Assembly (NCBI GenBank): GCA_963801165.1
Contig: CAWDDT010000004.1
Location: 608,001 to 672,000, forward strand
Direction of reading: 5' to 3'
Length of the DNA stretch: 64,000 nt
Source of the DNA: an uncultured bacterium
Lineage (GTDB): Bacteria; Actinomycetota; Acidimicrobiia; Spongiisociales; UBA5794
Positions within the stretch are counted from its first letter, which is position 1; each line of letters starts with the position of its first letter. A program made the position numbers and the translations under genes. The notes below the pieces were generated by a model. That model did no database searches. It saw only the letters and a list, made by a program, of their open reading frames with translations, and was not told the DNA's origin. Of this stretch, positions 1 through 10,803 are shown piece after piece.

Positions 1-286
<286 letters not shown>

Positions 287-329
287 GTAACCTCCGTTGT
301 GTAGCCGAGCCGATACTGTAGTGACCACC

Positions 330-1643
330 ATGGCGGACACCCCTCCCGACCTCGACTGGCTGGCGCTCGCCGCCGCAGCCACACCCCGGGCGACGGCGCT
401 CGTGGACGACGACGGCGTCCACGTGTCCTATGCCGATCTCGACGCGCTGGTCGGGGCTGCTTGTGACCGCCTTTCGGGCTCGGGAGCCGCTCCGGGGTCT
501 ATCCGTCTGATCGCCGTCGATCGGGTTGATCGCCACCTGATGGCCGAATTGTGGGCGTCGTGGCGGCTCGGGATAGTGCCGTTGGTTATCGACCGGGACT
601 CGCCGGTTCTGTCCCAGTCGCCGGCATTGGTGGACGGATGGTTGGGTGCGCCCGCACCGGAGGTGCACACCATCGTGCTCACCTCGGGCAGCGGCGGTGC
701 CCCGCGGCCGGTCCGAATAACCCGATCCAACGTGGTAGCAGCGGTGGCCGCGGCCATCGAGCGCCTCGGGAACACAGCCGACGACCGGTGGCTGTTGACC
801 CTACCGGTGTTCCACATCGGCGGGTTGTCCGTGCTGTGGCGCTCGGCGGCCGTCGGCGGGACGGTCGTGCTTCACAACCGGTTCGATGCGGCAAGGGCGG
901 CAGCCGCTATCACGGAAGGTGCGGTCACCGTCGCCAGCTTCGTGCCGACGATGCTCTTTCGCTTGCTCGAGTTCGATCCGGGTCCTTACGAAGGGATGAG
1001 GGCCGTCCTGTTGGGTGGGGCGGCGGCAAATCGGGAGCTCGTGGAGCGAGGCCTGGATGCCGGCCTACCCATCTTGCAGACCTACGGGATGACCGAGACG
1101 TGCTCGCAGGTCGCAACCGTGGTTCCCGGCGAAGCGGCTGAATCGCTCGGCTCGGCGGGGCGTCCCCTCTCCGGGGTCACCATCACCACCGGGGAGGCGG
1201 GCGTCGGCGAGATCGTGGTGACCGGCCCTTCCGTGTCGCCCGGCTACCTGGGCGAGCCCGACCGCACAGGTGGCTACCAGACCGGCGACGTCGGATACCT
1301 CGATGACAACGGGCGCCTTGTGGTTCTGGGACGGATCGACGACATGATCGTCACGGGCGGTGAGAACGTCTATCCGCAGCGCGTGTCCGAAGTGCTCAGC
1401 GGATTTCGTCATGCCGGCCCGGTCGAAGTCGTGGCCGTCCCCGACCCGGAATGGGGCCGGGTACTCGTTGCCGTCGTGGTAGGCGACCCGACCTCCTCGA
1501 CCGCACTCGAGGACTGGGCCGGAGAACGGCTTCCCCGCCACGAGATCCCAAAACGCTGGATCTTCGTTGACGAGCTGCCGATGCTTTCGGGTGGCAAGGT
1601 GGACAGGATCGCGCTTGCCGCTCTAGCGAGGAGCGCCAATTGA
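330..1643 (+). CDS. menE: o-succinylbenzoate-CoA ligase (AMP-binding family)
   Basis: TSGSGG P-loop, YGMTET, TGD, GRIDDMIVTGGENVYP and SGGKVDR motifs; next to menB; start uncertain (321 or 330). Confidence 0.82.
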   Translation: MADTPPDLDWLALAAAATPRATALVDDDGVHVSYADLDALVGAACDRLSGSGAAPGSIRLIAVDRVDRHLMAELWASWRLGIVPLVIDRDSPVLSQSPALVDGWLGAPAPEVHTIVLTSGSGGAPRPVRITRSNVVAAVAAAIERLGNTADDRWLLTLPVFHIGGLSVLWRSAAVGGTVVLHNRFDAARAAAAITEGAVTVASFVPTMLFRLLEFDPGPYEGMRAVLLGGAAANRELVERGLDAGLPILQTYGMTETCSQVATVVPGEAAESLGSAGRPLSGVTITTGEAGVGEIVVTGPSVSPGYLGEPDRTGGYQTGDVGYLDDNGRLVVLGRIDDMIVTGGENVYPQRVSEVLSGFRHAGPVEVVAVPDPEWGRVLVAVVVGDPTSSTALEDWAGERLPRHEIPKRWIFVDELPMLSGGKVDRIALAALARSAN

Positions 1644-2365
1644 GATGGACAACGGGCGACGCGGTAGTTCGCCGAGAGATCCTCGGCGGCACCCCCTGGC
1701 TCGGATGGATGGTCAACGTAGTCGAGGACTCGCCGGATCTCCTGGCGACATACTCACCGTCCGGCTCCCCGTTCTCCTTTCCTCCCGGTGACTGGCCCAC
1801 GCAGGATGGGCGTCATCCATGGCACGGCTACGGCGGCTGGCGTGGCACGGGCACCCTGATGCTGCAGCGCCCCGCCGACTGCTACGCGGTCTGGTTCTTC
1901 TGGGACGGTCCCGACCGGGAGTTCCGGGGCTGGTACATCAACCTGGAGTCTCCGTTCACGCGTACCGAGATCGGTTTTGACACACTCGATCTCGAGCTGG
2001 ACATCGTTGTCGCTCCGGACCGCTCCTGGGAGATGAAGGACGTCGATCTCCTGTGGCGGCGCCGCGACGAGGGCAGATTCACCACGAGTGAGGTGCAAGC
2101 GATCCTCGATCTCGGAGACCAGATCGGGCGGATGCTCGACTCTGGAAACTGGTGGTGGGACGATTCGTGGGTGGAGTGGCAGCCCGATCCGAACTGGACG
2201 GTGCCTGTGATCCCCGACGGCTGGGAGCGTGTCGAGACACCGATGCTGACAACGCGTGTCGCCAATGCGTCGCGTTCTCTAACGCGGCCGGCGTCGCAAA
2301 GGACCACGTCGCACCGGCTGCGGCATCTTGCTCCAGATCGGCACTCCGGCGCACAACGCCCGTGA
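1640..2365 (+). CDS. DUF402-family protein
   Basis: GWYINLE...FDTLDLELDIVV.PD.SW..KD motif; 4-bp overlap with menE. Confidence 0.75.
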   Translation: MRWTTGDAVVRREILGGTPWLGWMVNVVEDSPDLLATYSPSGSPFSFPPGDWPTQDGRHPWHGYGGWRGTGTLMLQRPADCYAVWFFWDGPDREFRGWYINLESPFTRTEIGFDTLDLELDIVVAPDRSWEMKDVDLLWRRRDEGRFTTSEVQAILDLGDQIGRMLDSGNWWWDDSWVEWQPDPNWTVPVIPDGWERVETPMLTTRVANASRSLTRPASQRTTSHRLRHLAPDRHSGAQRP

Positions 2366-2377
2366 CCTACCGGGCGG

Positions 2378-4354
2378 TTACTCGGCGAGACCCAGTTCTT
2401 CCAGGAAAGCAGCCGGGGACGGTTCCCGGCCCAGGAACGCACGCAGGTGCTCGATAGCGTCGCGTGAATAGCCTCGAGCGAGGACCTCGTCCCGGTAACG
2501 CCTGCCCACCTCGGGGCTCAGGATGCCCTCTGTGGCGAACACCGAGAACATGTCGTCTCCGTATACCTTGGACCACAGATACCCGTAGTAGCCGGCGTCG
2601 TAGCCTCCCATCAGGTGACCAAAGCTGGCGCCAAAATGCGTGTCCTCGTAGAAGTCGAAGCCGGTCAGCTTGTATGCCTCGCGATAGGCGGCATCGACGT
2701 CGACCGGGCCGGGCGCCGCATGGAGGTTCAGATCGAACTGTCCCAGGAAGATCTGGCGCATCGTGAACAAGCCGATGTTGAGGTCACGGGCGGCGACGAG
2801 TCGCTCCACGAGATCGTCGGGGATCGGCTCATCGGTCTTGTAGTGTCTGGCGAAGCGTTGCAGCACCTCCGGCTGCCACATCCAGTGCTCCATAATCTGC
2901 GACGGCGCCTCCACGAAGTCCCATTCCGTGTCGTAACCGGCGAACCGTCGCAGCTCCACCGTCGTCAGACAGAAATGGAGAACGTGGCCGAACTCATGAA
3001 AGAGGGTGAGCGCCTCGTCGTGTTTGAGCAGAGACGGCGATGTCGCAGTCGGCTTCGTGAGGTTGGCGACGATGACGGCAACCGGCTTCTCGTAGGTACC
3101 GTCGTCACGCATTCTCCCGGTGACAACGGGGAACGCGGCCGCGTGGCCGAACTTGCCTTCCCGTGGAAACAGATCCGCATAGAAATAAGCGATGGGCGCG
3201 TCGGCGGCACGGTCTCTGATCTCATAGAGATAGACGTCCGGGTGCCAGGCGTTGACGTCCTCGACCCGGCGATAGTCGAGACCGAAGACGTCGCCGGTGA
3301 TCTCGAACATGCCGTCGACAACTTGGTCCAGCGGGAAGTATTCGGCAACCTCGTTCTGATCGATCCCGTAGTCGCGTTTCCGGAGTTGGGTGGTGTAGTA
3401 GCCGCTGTCCCACGATTGCAGGACGTCGCCGCCCCACTCGGCGGCGACCATGTCGGTGTCACCTCGCAGCATCCCGGTCATCGCTGCGATGTTCTGGTCG
3501 CGTTTTTCGATCAGCTTGGGAACGATGGATGCATAGAAGTCGTCGACCGTCTCCGGATTCCTGGCCATCTTGACTTCCATGGCGTGGTGCGCCCACGTCG
3601 GCACTCCGAACAACTTCGCCATCCTGGCTCGGAGCTCGACGGCCTCGGCGAGGAGGGGGTTGTTGGCCTCTGCGGCGCGGTTCCAGAACTTGAATTGGAG
3701 AGCTTTGCGGAGGTCGCGGCGCTCCGCCTGCTCGACGAACGGGATGTAGTCGGGGTACGACATTCCCACCTTGAGCGTGCCCGGCTTGGAGCCCTCGCTG
3801 AGCCCGTCTATGTATTCCTCGGGGAGACCGACCAGATCGTCCCGGGTCATCTCGATGGAGTCCTCCCACTCGTCGAGGTTCTTGGAGAATGCCACCTGTA
3901 ATTCAATGAGACGCTGCAGGAGACGTTGCAGTTCCGCCCTGTCCTCCTCCGACAATTCGTGGCCGGCGTGGCGGAAGTCGCGCATCCAGTGATCGACAAG
4001 CCGTGCCCTGATCCCGGTGAGAGCAGCCGCTTCCTCCGTCTCGCTGTACTCGCGAACCGCCTTGTAGAGATCAGATCGGAAGATCAGATCGGTTCCCCAC
4101 TTGGTGAGACGCTCGCCCACCTCGGTCGCCTTGTCGCGTATGGCGCGATCCGGGTGGACTCGCGCCATGAAGGGCGAGCGACCGTATGCATCGCCCAGGA
4201 TGGTGCCGGCCTCCTCGAGCGGGACGATGGTGTTGTCCCACGTCCTCGGGGTGGAGGCGATCGCGGTGGTGACCAAAGCCTCGGCACGGTTGATGGCGTC
4301 CTCGCCGATCGTTTCGACGAGCTCGGGGCTGGTTGCGGTGTAGTCGTACAGCAT
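2378..4354 (-). CDS. M3 family oligopeptidase (thimet/oligopeptidase A-like)
   Basis: DLFPREGKFGHAA, FHEFGH zinc motif, DFVEAPSQ, GYDAGYYGYLWS. Confidence 0.93.
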   Translation of the reverse strand: MLYDYTATSPELVETIGEDAINRAEALVTTAIASTPRTWDNTIVPLEEAGTILGDAYGRSPFMARVHPDRAIRDKATEVGERLTKWGTDLIFRSDLYKAVREYSETEEAAALTGIRARLVDHWMRDFRHAGHELSEEDRAELQRLLQRLIELQVAFSKNLDEWEDSIEMTRDDLVGLPEEYIDGLSEGSKPGTLKVGMSYPDYIPFVEQAERRDLRKALQFKFWNRAAEANNPLLAEAVELRARMAKLFGVPTWAHHAMEVKMARNPETVDDFYASIVPKLIEKRDQNIAAMTGMLRGDTDMVAAEWGGDVLQSWDSGYYTTQLRKRDYGIDQNEVAEYFPLDQVVDGMFEITGDVFGLDYRRVEDVNAWHPDVYLYEIRDRAADAPIAYFYADLFPREGKFGHAAAFPVVTGRMRDDGTYEKPVAVIVANLTKPTATSPSLLKHDEALTLFHEFGHVLHFCLTTVELRRFAGYDTEWDFVEAPSQIMEHWMWQPEVLQRFARHYKTDEPIPDDLVERLVAARDLNIGLFTMRQIFLGQFDLNLHAAPGPVDVDAAYREAYKLTGFDFYEDTHFGASFGHLMGGYDAGYYGYLWSKVYGDDMFSVFATEGILSPEVGRRYRDEVLARGYSRDAIEHLRAFLGREPSPAAFLEELGLAE

Positions 4355-4382
4355 GGCGGCAAGGCTACTCGCCCGCCGGGTG

Positions 4383-5357
4383 TCAGGCCGCGGGTGCCAA
4401 CTCCACGACGATCGGTCGATGCTCGACCCCCAGGATCGGTCCGAGATAGCGATCCACCGTGGTCAGGTCGGCCGAATGAACGAGATGGTCGTAGGGCAGA
4501 CGGAAGAACGTCCACCGGTCGGCAGGCCAGGTCGTCTGGATCCCGTACCCCGTCAGAGAATCCACCAGGTTCCCGTCGGCGAGCAAGGCATGGAATGAGT
4601 GCGACCAGGAGGTCGATTCGAAATCGCCGACAACGACCGTTGACACCGTCTCCTGTTTGGCGAGCCTGGCGACCTCGCTGAAGTACTCGTCGTGAAGCGC
4701 CGCGTCTCTCTCGTTGCTTGCCGCTGGCGATTGCACCGCGTAGATGACGACGGGGCGATCGCCGATCGACGCCTCGATCCGGGCAACGACGTCCTTCACC
4801 GGGGTGACCCGAAAGACCTCAACATCGAGATCCTCTCGCGCCAGGATGGCAATGCCGAATGTGCGGTCGACCGGGAGATCGTTGAGGAACCGGTAGGGGG
4901 CAGCCATCTCCGTAGCATCATGGACCCAATCATCCGTCACGTTTGTCAATACGACCACGTCGGGATCCACCGTATCGATCCAACGGAAGGTGACGTCCCG
5001 TATAGACGCCCGCTGGTCGACGTTGAAGCTGATAATCGTAAATGTGTCGCCGTTGGCCGCAGGAGCCGGATTACCCAGATAGAGAGGAAGGATCACGAGC
5101 GCGTTGACGGCGGCCATGATCATGAAGAAGAGACCCGTCGCCTTGGAGAACATGAGCGAGTAGGCCAGCGCAACCAACAGCAGCACTACGGCCAGATGAG
5201 CACGGAAATTGGCGACGTAGTCAAACAACCACCATGTGGAGCCGAAGAACCCGAGGAGCGTTGCTATCGAGCCGACGACACCTATGGCGACGAGGGCGAA
5301 TCCGAGGAATCCCTGGCCGACGGCCATACCTGCAGAAGTCCTCGATTTGGTAGCCAC
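4383..5357 (-). CDS. membrane-anchored endonuclease/exonuclease/phosphatase-family protein
   Basis: Three N-terminal TM segments, SFNV, VVGDF, TWP...LPYDH, EHRPIV; GTG at 5357 overlaps upstream stop; several catalytic positions look degenerate. Confidence 0.72.
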   Translation of the reverse strand: MATKSRTSAGMAVGQGFLGFALVAIGVVGSIATLLGFFGSTWWLFDYVANFRAHLAVVLLLVALAYSLMFSKATGLFFMIMAAVNALVILPLYLGNPAPAANGDTFTIISFNVDQRASIRDVTFRWIDTVDPDVVVLTNVTDDWVHDATEMAAPYRFLNDLPVDRTFGIAILAREDLDVEVFRVTPVKDVVARIEASIGDRPVVIYAVQSPAASNERDAALHDEYFSEVARLAKQETVSTVVVGDFESTSWSHSFHALLADGNLVDSLTGYGIQTTWPADRWTFFRLPYDHLVHSADLTTVDRYLGPILGVEHRPIVVELAPAA

Positions 5358-6889
5358 TAGTTCGCTCCCAGCGCATAGAAGAAGCCGTCGCGCGATCCGA
5401 CGTACATCGTCCCGTTCCACACTCCGGGGGTGGACTCGATGCAACCGCCGGTGACCCGGGATTCCCAAATCTGTTCAGGCTGATAGGGATTGGAAATGTC
5501 GTAGGCACGGAACCCTGAATCCAGGTCGCAATCCACGGCCACGACCAGAGTGTCGTCGACAATGACGGGGGACGACCAGGCGTGGAGGCCGATGTTGTCG
5601 CTCCACACAACGGTGCCGTCTGTCGTGTCGACCGCCAGCAGGTCGCCGGTGTTGGTTGCCGCGTACAACACACCGTTGCCAAGCGCGGGTGTGGCCCAGA
5701 TGCCACCAGCGACACCGCCCACCGACGGTACGGCGACGCTCCACACGAGCGGGTCGGCGAGGTCGGGATCTAGCTTGACTAGCTGCCCCACCTCGGCGCC
5801 GCGAGCGGTGGTGAGGTCGATCTCGCTTGCGACGTACAGCTTCCCCTCGGCATCGATCACGATCGTGGCGTCGACGTCATCACCCATCCAATAGTCAAAA
5901 ACCAGCCGGTCCCGGTTCCAGTCTCCCTCGGAGATGTCGAAACCGACGACCCGGCCCGCGCTGTTGGCCACATATGCCGTGTCGCCGAAGACGGCCGTCG
6001 ACGTCTCGACCGATTGCTGGCGCCCGACGGCCCGCAAGAGCTCGTCGGTCCACATCGGTGTCTGGTAGAGGATCTGAGGTTGGACTGTCACCAGTCCTGT
6101 TTCGTCTCGTTCGCGGTTGAGCTTTACCGCAAACCACCAGGAGTTTTCACCGCCCTCGAGGAGCATGTCGTTCAAGATCACGGCGCTGGAGTCCCAATCG
6201 TTGTTCCACATGCCGGCTACGGCGGCTGCATCCAGGCTCCACAGCTCGACCGGGGTCTCCCGATCCAGAGCGATTATCCGGTAGCGGGGATCGCGTGAGC
6301 CGGCGTAGAGCAGCGGGTAGCCGTCCGGATCGAGCACCACCGAGCCCTTGATGATGTCGCCCATGTAGAAGTCGGGTCTGGTCCGCTCCCCGGTGGCGGC
6401 GTCGAGAAAATGGATGTTCTTGTCATACCCGCCGAAGATCACCTCGGTCACGCCGTCGGGGCGCTCCCAAATGACCGGTTCGCCCGTCCACCCGGTGCCG
6501 CACCACACCTTCGGCTGGCCGCCGACCGGCGAGTTGCCGCACATCGGTTCATCGGGAAAGCGCCACAGCACCTCGAGCCCGTCGGGGAGCGGTCCGGTGC
6601 CGTAGAAGGTGCGGGTCGGGTTGCCGCGGAACATGGTCAGCCCGGTGACTTGACCCCAGGGATGCCCGACGACGCTCGGCGGAACAAGTCCGGGGGCGAT
6701 CGTGGTGGTGGTGGTCGTGGTTGTCGTGGTTGACGTCGTCGTCGCGGGCGCCGTGCTGGTGGTGGGCACGGTGGCATCCGGGAGCGGTGTCAGCGCCGCG
6801 ACCGTAGTTGTCGTAGGCGCCGGCGAAGAGCCCGGGGAACAGGCGGCCAGTGCCAGGGCTACGAGCAGAGCGGTGATCGTGCGACGCAT
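5357..6889 (-). CDS. PQQ-like beta-propeller repeat lipoprotein
   Basis: Lipobox LAAC, Thr-rich linker, MFRGNPTR, repeated W-SSP/STP...YVGSRDG.FYAL blades. Confidence 0.8.
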   Translation of the reverse strand: MRRTITALLVALALAACSPGSSPAPTTTTVAALTPLPDATVPTTSTAPATTTSTTTTTTTTTTIAPGLVPPSVVGHPWGQVTGLTMFRGNPTRTFYGTGPLPDGLEVLWRFPDEPMCGNSPVGGQPKVWCGTGWTGEPVIWERPDGVTEVIFGGYDKNIHFLDAATGERTRPDFYMGDIIKGSVVLDPDGYPLLYAGSRDPRYRIIALDRETPVELWSLDAAAVAGMWNNDWDSSAVILNDMLLEGGENSWWFAVKLNRERDETGLVTVQPQILYQTPMWTDELLRAVGRQQSVETSTAVFGDTAYVANSAGRVVGFDISEGDWNRDRLVFDYWMGDDVDATIVIDAEGKLYVASEIDLTTARGAEVGQLVKLDPDLADPLVWSVAVPSVGGVAGGIWATPALGNGVLYAATNTGDLLAVDTTDGTVVWSDNIGLHAWSSPVIVDDTLVVAVDCDLDSGFRAYDISNPYQPEQIWESRVTGGCIESTPGVWNGTMYVGSRDGFFYALGAN

Positions 6890-6963
6890 CGAGAAATCAT
6901 AGGAACCACCTGTGTGATAGCACGGGCATCCGCGGCCGGAGCATCCGGTCTACCCTGCGCCCG

Positions 6964-8085
6964 ATGGCAATCAGCAACACCTACCTGAGCGAGTTCTCCG
7001 AGCCCGTCGGGTACCTCGACTTTGCGGCCGTGGGACCACCATCGCGCCGGGTTCGCAACGCGGTGGCTGAAGCGTATGCCCGCGTTTCCGAGCCGGAGGG
7101 CCGCGTCGGGCCGGTCATGCTCGGTAGGTACGAGATCGCGTTGGCGATGTTCGGCAGGTTTCTCGGGGCCGCACCGGAGCTGGTCACCACAGTGCCGAAC
7201 ACCTCGACTGCTCTGTTCCACGTGGCGTTTGGTCTTGCTCCCTTTGGCGGCAACATCGTCGTGCCCGCACACGAGTTTCCCGCCAACCTCTATCCCTGGT
7301 TGCGTGCCGCCGGCATGGGCGGGCCTGAGGTGCGGATGATCGAGATACCGGACCGGCGGGTGACTGCGGGAGCGCTCAGCGTGGGGGTCGACGACGAGAC
7401 GCGAGCGATCGCAGTCAGCGCTGTCGACTTCCTATCCGGTTTCCGTCCCGATCTGGCGTCGTTGCGCGAGCTCGCCGACGATGCGCTCTTAGTGGTCGAC
7501 GCCGCACAGGGGCTCGGCGGTGTCGAACTGGCTTTGAGCGCAGCCGACGTTGTCGCGGCAACAGGTTTGAAGTGGCTGCGGGCGGGTTTCGGGACCGGAG
7601 TGATGGCCGTATCGTCGCGATCCATCGAGATGCTGCACTCGACCCTCACCGGCTGGTGGGGGGCTGAGGACTCCTTCGACTGGGATGTGCGGCCGCCGCA
7701 CCCGGCGCGGGGCGACGCAGAACGATTCCACGATGGCGGTCCCTCGTTCCTCGCCGCCTCTGCTCTGGCGGCCGCACTCGAGCTGATCGAGGGAGAGGGG
7801 ATGCCGGCCATCTCCACTGCAGTCATGGAGAACATCAAGGCAATCGAGGACATCGTGCGTAGCGCTGGTGGTGAGGTGCTCGATCCGTGGGATGACGACG
7901 ACGAGCGTTCCGGGATCCTGTCTTTCAGGCTCCCGACGGAGCCGAGCTCGGTGACCGCACAGCGGCTCGACGACGCCGAGATAGTCGTCTCGCCACGAGG
8001 CGACTGGGTGCGGGTTGCCCCTCACGCCACGACCGATCCCGCTGTGTTTGACGTGCTCGCCGAGGTCCTCGACATCGAGCCTTGA
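6964..8085 (+). CDS. class V PLP-dependent aminotransferase (cysteine desulfurase/kynureninase-like)
   Basis: YLDFAAVGP, HEFPANLYPW, VVDAAQ, GLKWL (PLP lysine), RVAPH. Confidence 0.85.
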   Translation: MAISNTYLSEFSEPVGYLDFAAVGPPSRRVRNAVAEAYARVSEPEGRVGPVMLGRYEIALAMFGRFLGAAPELVTTVPNTSTALFHVAFGLAPFGGNIVVPAHEFPANLYPWLRAAGMGGPEVRMIEIPDRRVTAGALSVGVDDETRAIAVSAVDFLSGFRPDLASLRELADDALLVVDAAQGLGGVELALSAADVVAATGLKWLRAGFGTGVMAVSSRSIEMLHSTLTGWWGAEDSFDWDVRPPHPARGDAERFHDGGPSFLAASALAAALELIEGEGMPAISTAVMENIKAIEDIVRSAGGEVLDPWDDDDERSGILSFRLPTEPSSVTAQRLDDAEIVVSPRGDWVRVAPHATTDPAVFDVLAEVLDIEP

Positions 8086-8183
8086 GACGACGATACGAAC
8101 GCTCCGGTCTCGCAACGCCGGTGAACGCGGTCAGGGGTGCCGGTCGGGGCACTAGGCTCCGCGGATCGAGTTCGGGAGGATTC

Positions 8184-9164
8184 ATGTACACGACGAAGAA
8201 GGCCTGGATACAGGTGCTGGTGGCTCTGGCCGCCTTCGCCCTGCTTGCCGGTGCCTGCGGCGGTGATGACGGGGCCAGCGGGACGACGGCCGCTCCCGGG
8301 ACGACCGCCGCTACGACCACCGCAGCTCCTGAAACGACGGCCGCAACGACCACGACGGCTGCTCCTGTGACGACGGAGGCAATGGACGCGTGCGCCGTTG
8401 ACAGCCTCAACCTGGTCACTCCCGGGCAGCTGACGGTTGCCACCGGCGAGCCGGTGTTTCCACCATGGATGGGTGTCGGTGACGACTACTTCGACGTCCC
8501 CGAATCGAAGACCGGTTACGAGGGTGCGCTCGTGTACGCGCTCGCCGAGGAAATGGGTTTCACCGACGATCAGGTTGTGTTCGTCCGCACGGGCTTCGAC
8601 GAGGCCATCGCCCCGGGCCCGAAGGACTGGGATTTCAACATCCAGCAGTATTCGATCACCGATGACCGCAAGGAAGTCGTCGACTTCAGTGATCCGTATT
8701 ACACGACCCGTCAGGCGCTGGTGGCTCTGCCAGACAGTCCAGTTATCGGAGCGACAACGCTTGCGGATCTCGCCGACGCCAAGCTGGGCGCGGCAGTTGG
8801 GACCACAAGCTTCGATTACGTCGAGAACGTGATCGGTGTGCAGGCCCAGGTCTACGACGACAACGTGAATGCGATCTCGGCGCTTATCGCCGGCCAGCTC
8901 GACGGCATCGTCGTCGATCTGCCGACCGCCTACTACATAACCGCGGTACAGATCCCCGATCAGGGCGCCGAGGGCGTGATCGTCGCCCAGTTCGAGGCGG
9001 CGGCTGCGCAGCCCGACCAGTACGGGATGCTGTTCGCCAAAGGAAACGAGCTCGTGCCTTGCGTCAACCAGGCCCTGGCCACTCTGAAGGATCAAGGCAT
9101 GCTCGACCAACTCGAGGCCGAGTGGCTGACTCAGGGCGGTGAGATAGTCACGATCTCGGAGTAG
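8184..9164 (+). CDS. polar amino-acid ABC transporter substrate-binding lipoprotein
   Basis: GGAGG RBS; lipobox LAGAC; LTVAT...FPPW, DFNIQQYSIT.DRKEVVDFS.PYY. Confidence 0.9.
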   Translation: MYTTKKAWIQVLVALAAFALLAGACGGDDGASGTTAAPGTTAATTTAAPETTAATTTTAAPVTTEAMDACAVDSLNLVTPGQLTVATGEPVFPPWMGVGDDYFDVPESKTGYEGALVYALAEEMGFTDDQVVFVRTGFDEAIAPGPKDWDFNIQQYSITDDRKEVVDFSDPYYTTRQALVALPDSPVIGATTLADLADAKLGAAVGTTSFDYVENVIGVQAQVYDDNVNAISALIAGQLDGIVVDLPTAYYITAVQIPDQGAEGVIVAQFEAAAAQPDQYGMLFAKGNELVPCVNQALATLKDQGMLDQLEAEWLTQGGEIVTISE

Positions 9165-9272
9165 CCAATCACAACTCCCGGGGCGCCTATAGACGATGTC
9201 GTACGCCGGGGCCCGCAACAGCTGTGGCCCCGGCGCACGCCAGGTCGCCGCGAGGAGGGAAGCCGCGCCGCC

Positions 9273-10046
9273 TTGATCGCGGCCGCGTCTACCGTCATCG
9301 TGCTCGGCATCATCCTCTGGGTCATCCTGACCTCGGACGCCTGGCCGGCGGTGCAACGCCAGTTCTTCTCCTGGAAACACTTCAAGCAGTCCTTTCCGGA
9401 CGTGCTGGCGGGCTTCTGGCTCGACATCCAGATGTTCATCATCGCCGAGATCCTCATTCTCGCCTTCTCCCTCCTGCTGGCGATGATCAGGTCGCTTCGT
9501 GGCCCTGCCTTCTTTCCGCTGCGCGCCATGGTCGTCATCTACGTCGACTTGATACGGGGAATCCCGATGTTGCTGCTGATCCTGCTCCTGGGCTTCGGAG
9601 TCCCCGCCCTACAGCTTCAGGGTGTCCCGTCAAGTGAGCTGTTTTGGGGTGTCGCCGCGCTCGTGATCAGCTATTCGGCCTACACCGCCGAGGTCTATCG
9701 GGCGGGCATCGAGTCGGTGCATGAGAGCCAGCGGATGTCGGCGCGCTCGCTGGGTCTCACTCAGGTACAAGCTCTGCGCTACGTGATCGTGCCGCAAGCT
9801 GTGCGCAACGTGATCCCGGCGCTGCTCAACGGTTTCGTCAGCCTGCAGAAGGACGTTGCTCTTGTGTACGTGCTGGGCGTGCGCGAAGGGCTCCGTGCGG
9901 CCAACATCTACAACCACAGCACGTTCAACTACACGAGCTACATCGTGGCCGCTGTACTCTTTCTCATCATCAGCGTCCCCGTGGCCCGGTTCACCGACTG
10001 GTACACCGAGCGGGATCGGCGGCGCAGACAGGCGATGAGCACATGA
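9273..10046 (+). CDS. amino-acid ABC transporter permease
   Basis: YVDLIRGIP, SAYTAEVYRAGIESV EAA loop, IVPQAVRNVIP; true start may lie upstream (see findings). Confidence 0.9.
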   Translation: MIAAASTVIVLGIILWVILTSDAWPAVQRQFFSWKHFKQSFPDVLAGFWLDIQMFIIAEILILAFSLLLAMIRSLRGPAFFPLRAMVVIYVDLIRGIPMLLLILLLGFGVPALQLQGVPSSELFWGVAALVISYSAYTAEVYRAGIESVHESQRMSARSLGLTQVQALRYVIVPQAVRNVIPALLNGFVSLQKDVALVYVLGVREGLRAANIYNHSTFNYTSYIVAAVLFLIISVPVARFTDWYTERDRRRRQAMST

Positions 10047-10792
10047 GCGAGGCGAAACTCCAGATCTGCTCCGTGTCCAAGGCATTCGACGGCAAGGTGG
10101 TACTGCGTGATGTCGATCTGGACGTCGGTGCGCACGACGCTGTCTGTCTCATCGGCTCTTCCGGGTCGGGTAAGTCGACCCTGCTCAAGTGCGTCAACCT
10201 GCTGGTTGACATCGACGCCGGCGAGATCCACCTCGACGGTGAGGTAATCACCGACCGGACCGTGAACCCCAACGACGTGCGCCAGCGGATGGGCATCGTT
10301 TTCCAGGCGTTCAACCTCTTTCCCCACATGACGGTGTTGGAGAACATCACGCTCGGTCCGGTGAAAGTGCACGGAACCAGCCGCGATGAAGCCAACGAAA
10401 CGGCCAAAGCGCTCCTGGATCAGTTCGGCTTGATCGACAAGACCGATGAATATCCGGATCGTCTCTCCGGGGGTCAGCAGCAGCGGGTTGCAATTGTGAG
10501 GTCGCTGGCCACTCGACCCGAGTTGATGCTGTTCGACGAAGTCACCTCGGCCCTCGACCCGGAGTTGGTCGCCGAAGTTCTCGGTGTGATCCGGAAACTC
10601 AAGTACGAGGGGATGACCATGGTCATCGCTACCCACGAGATGGGGTTCGCTCGGGACGTCGCCGACCAGGTCTGCTTTCTCGACAACGGAGTCATCCTGG
10701 AGAAGGGTCGGCCGGCGGAGATCTTCCGCAATCCGCAGCAGCCCAGGACCCGCCAGTTCCTGCAGCGGATCGTCGAGGCGGGTCGGCTATAG
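10043..10792 (+). CDS. amino-acid ABC transporter ATP-binding protein
   Basis: GSSGSGKST, LSGGQQQR, LFDEVTSALDPE, ATHEMGFA. Confidence 0.93.
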   Translation: MSEAKLQICSVSKAFDGKVVLRDVDLDVGAHDAVCLIGSSGSGKSTLLKCVNLLVDIDAGEIHLDGEVITDRTVNPNDVRQRMGIVFQAFNLFPHMTVLENITLGPVKVHGTSRDEANETAKALLDQFGLIDKTDEYPDRLSGGQQQRVAIVRSLATRPELMLFDEVTSALDPELVAEVLGVIRKLKYEGMTMVIATHEMGFARDVADQVCFLDNGVILEKGRPAEIFRNPQQPRTRQFLQRIVEAGRL

Positions 10793-10803
10793 GCGGCTGC
10801 ATC

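Noticed and set aside
2615-3901. Long antisense ORFs (also 8022-9380, 18243-19466, 43801-45252, 53667-54923, 60193-61269, 62792-63886)
   Set aside because: Shadow frames of well-supported genes in high-GC DNA; no recognisable motifs.
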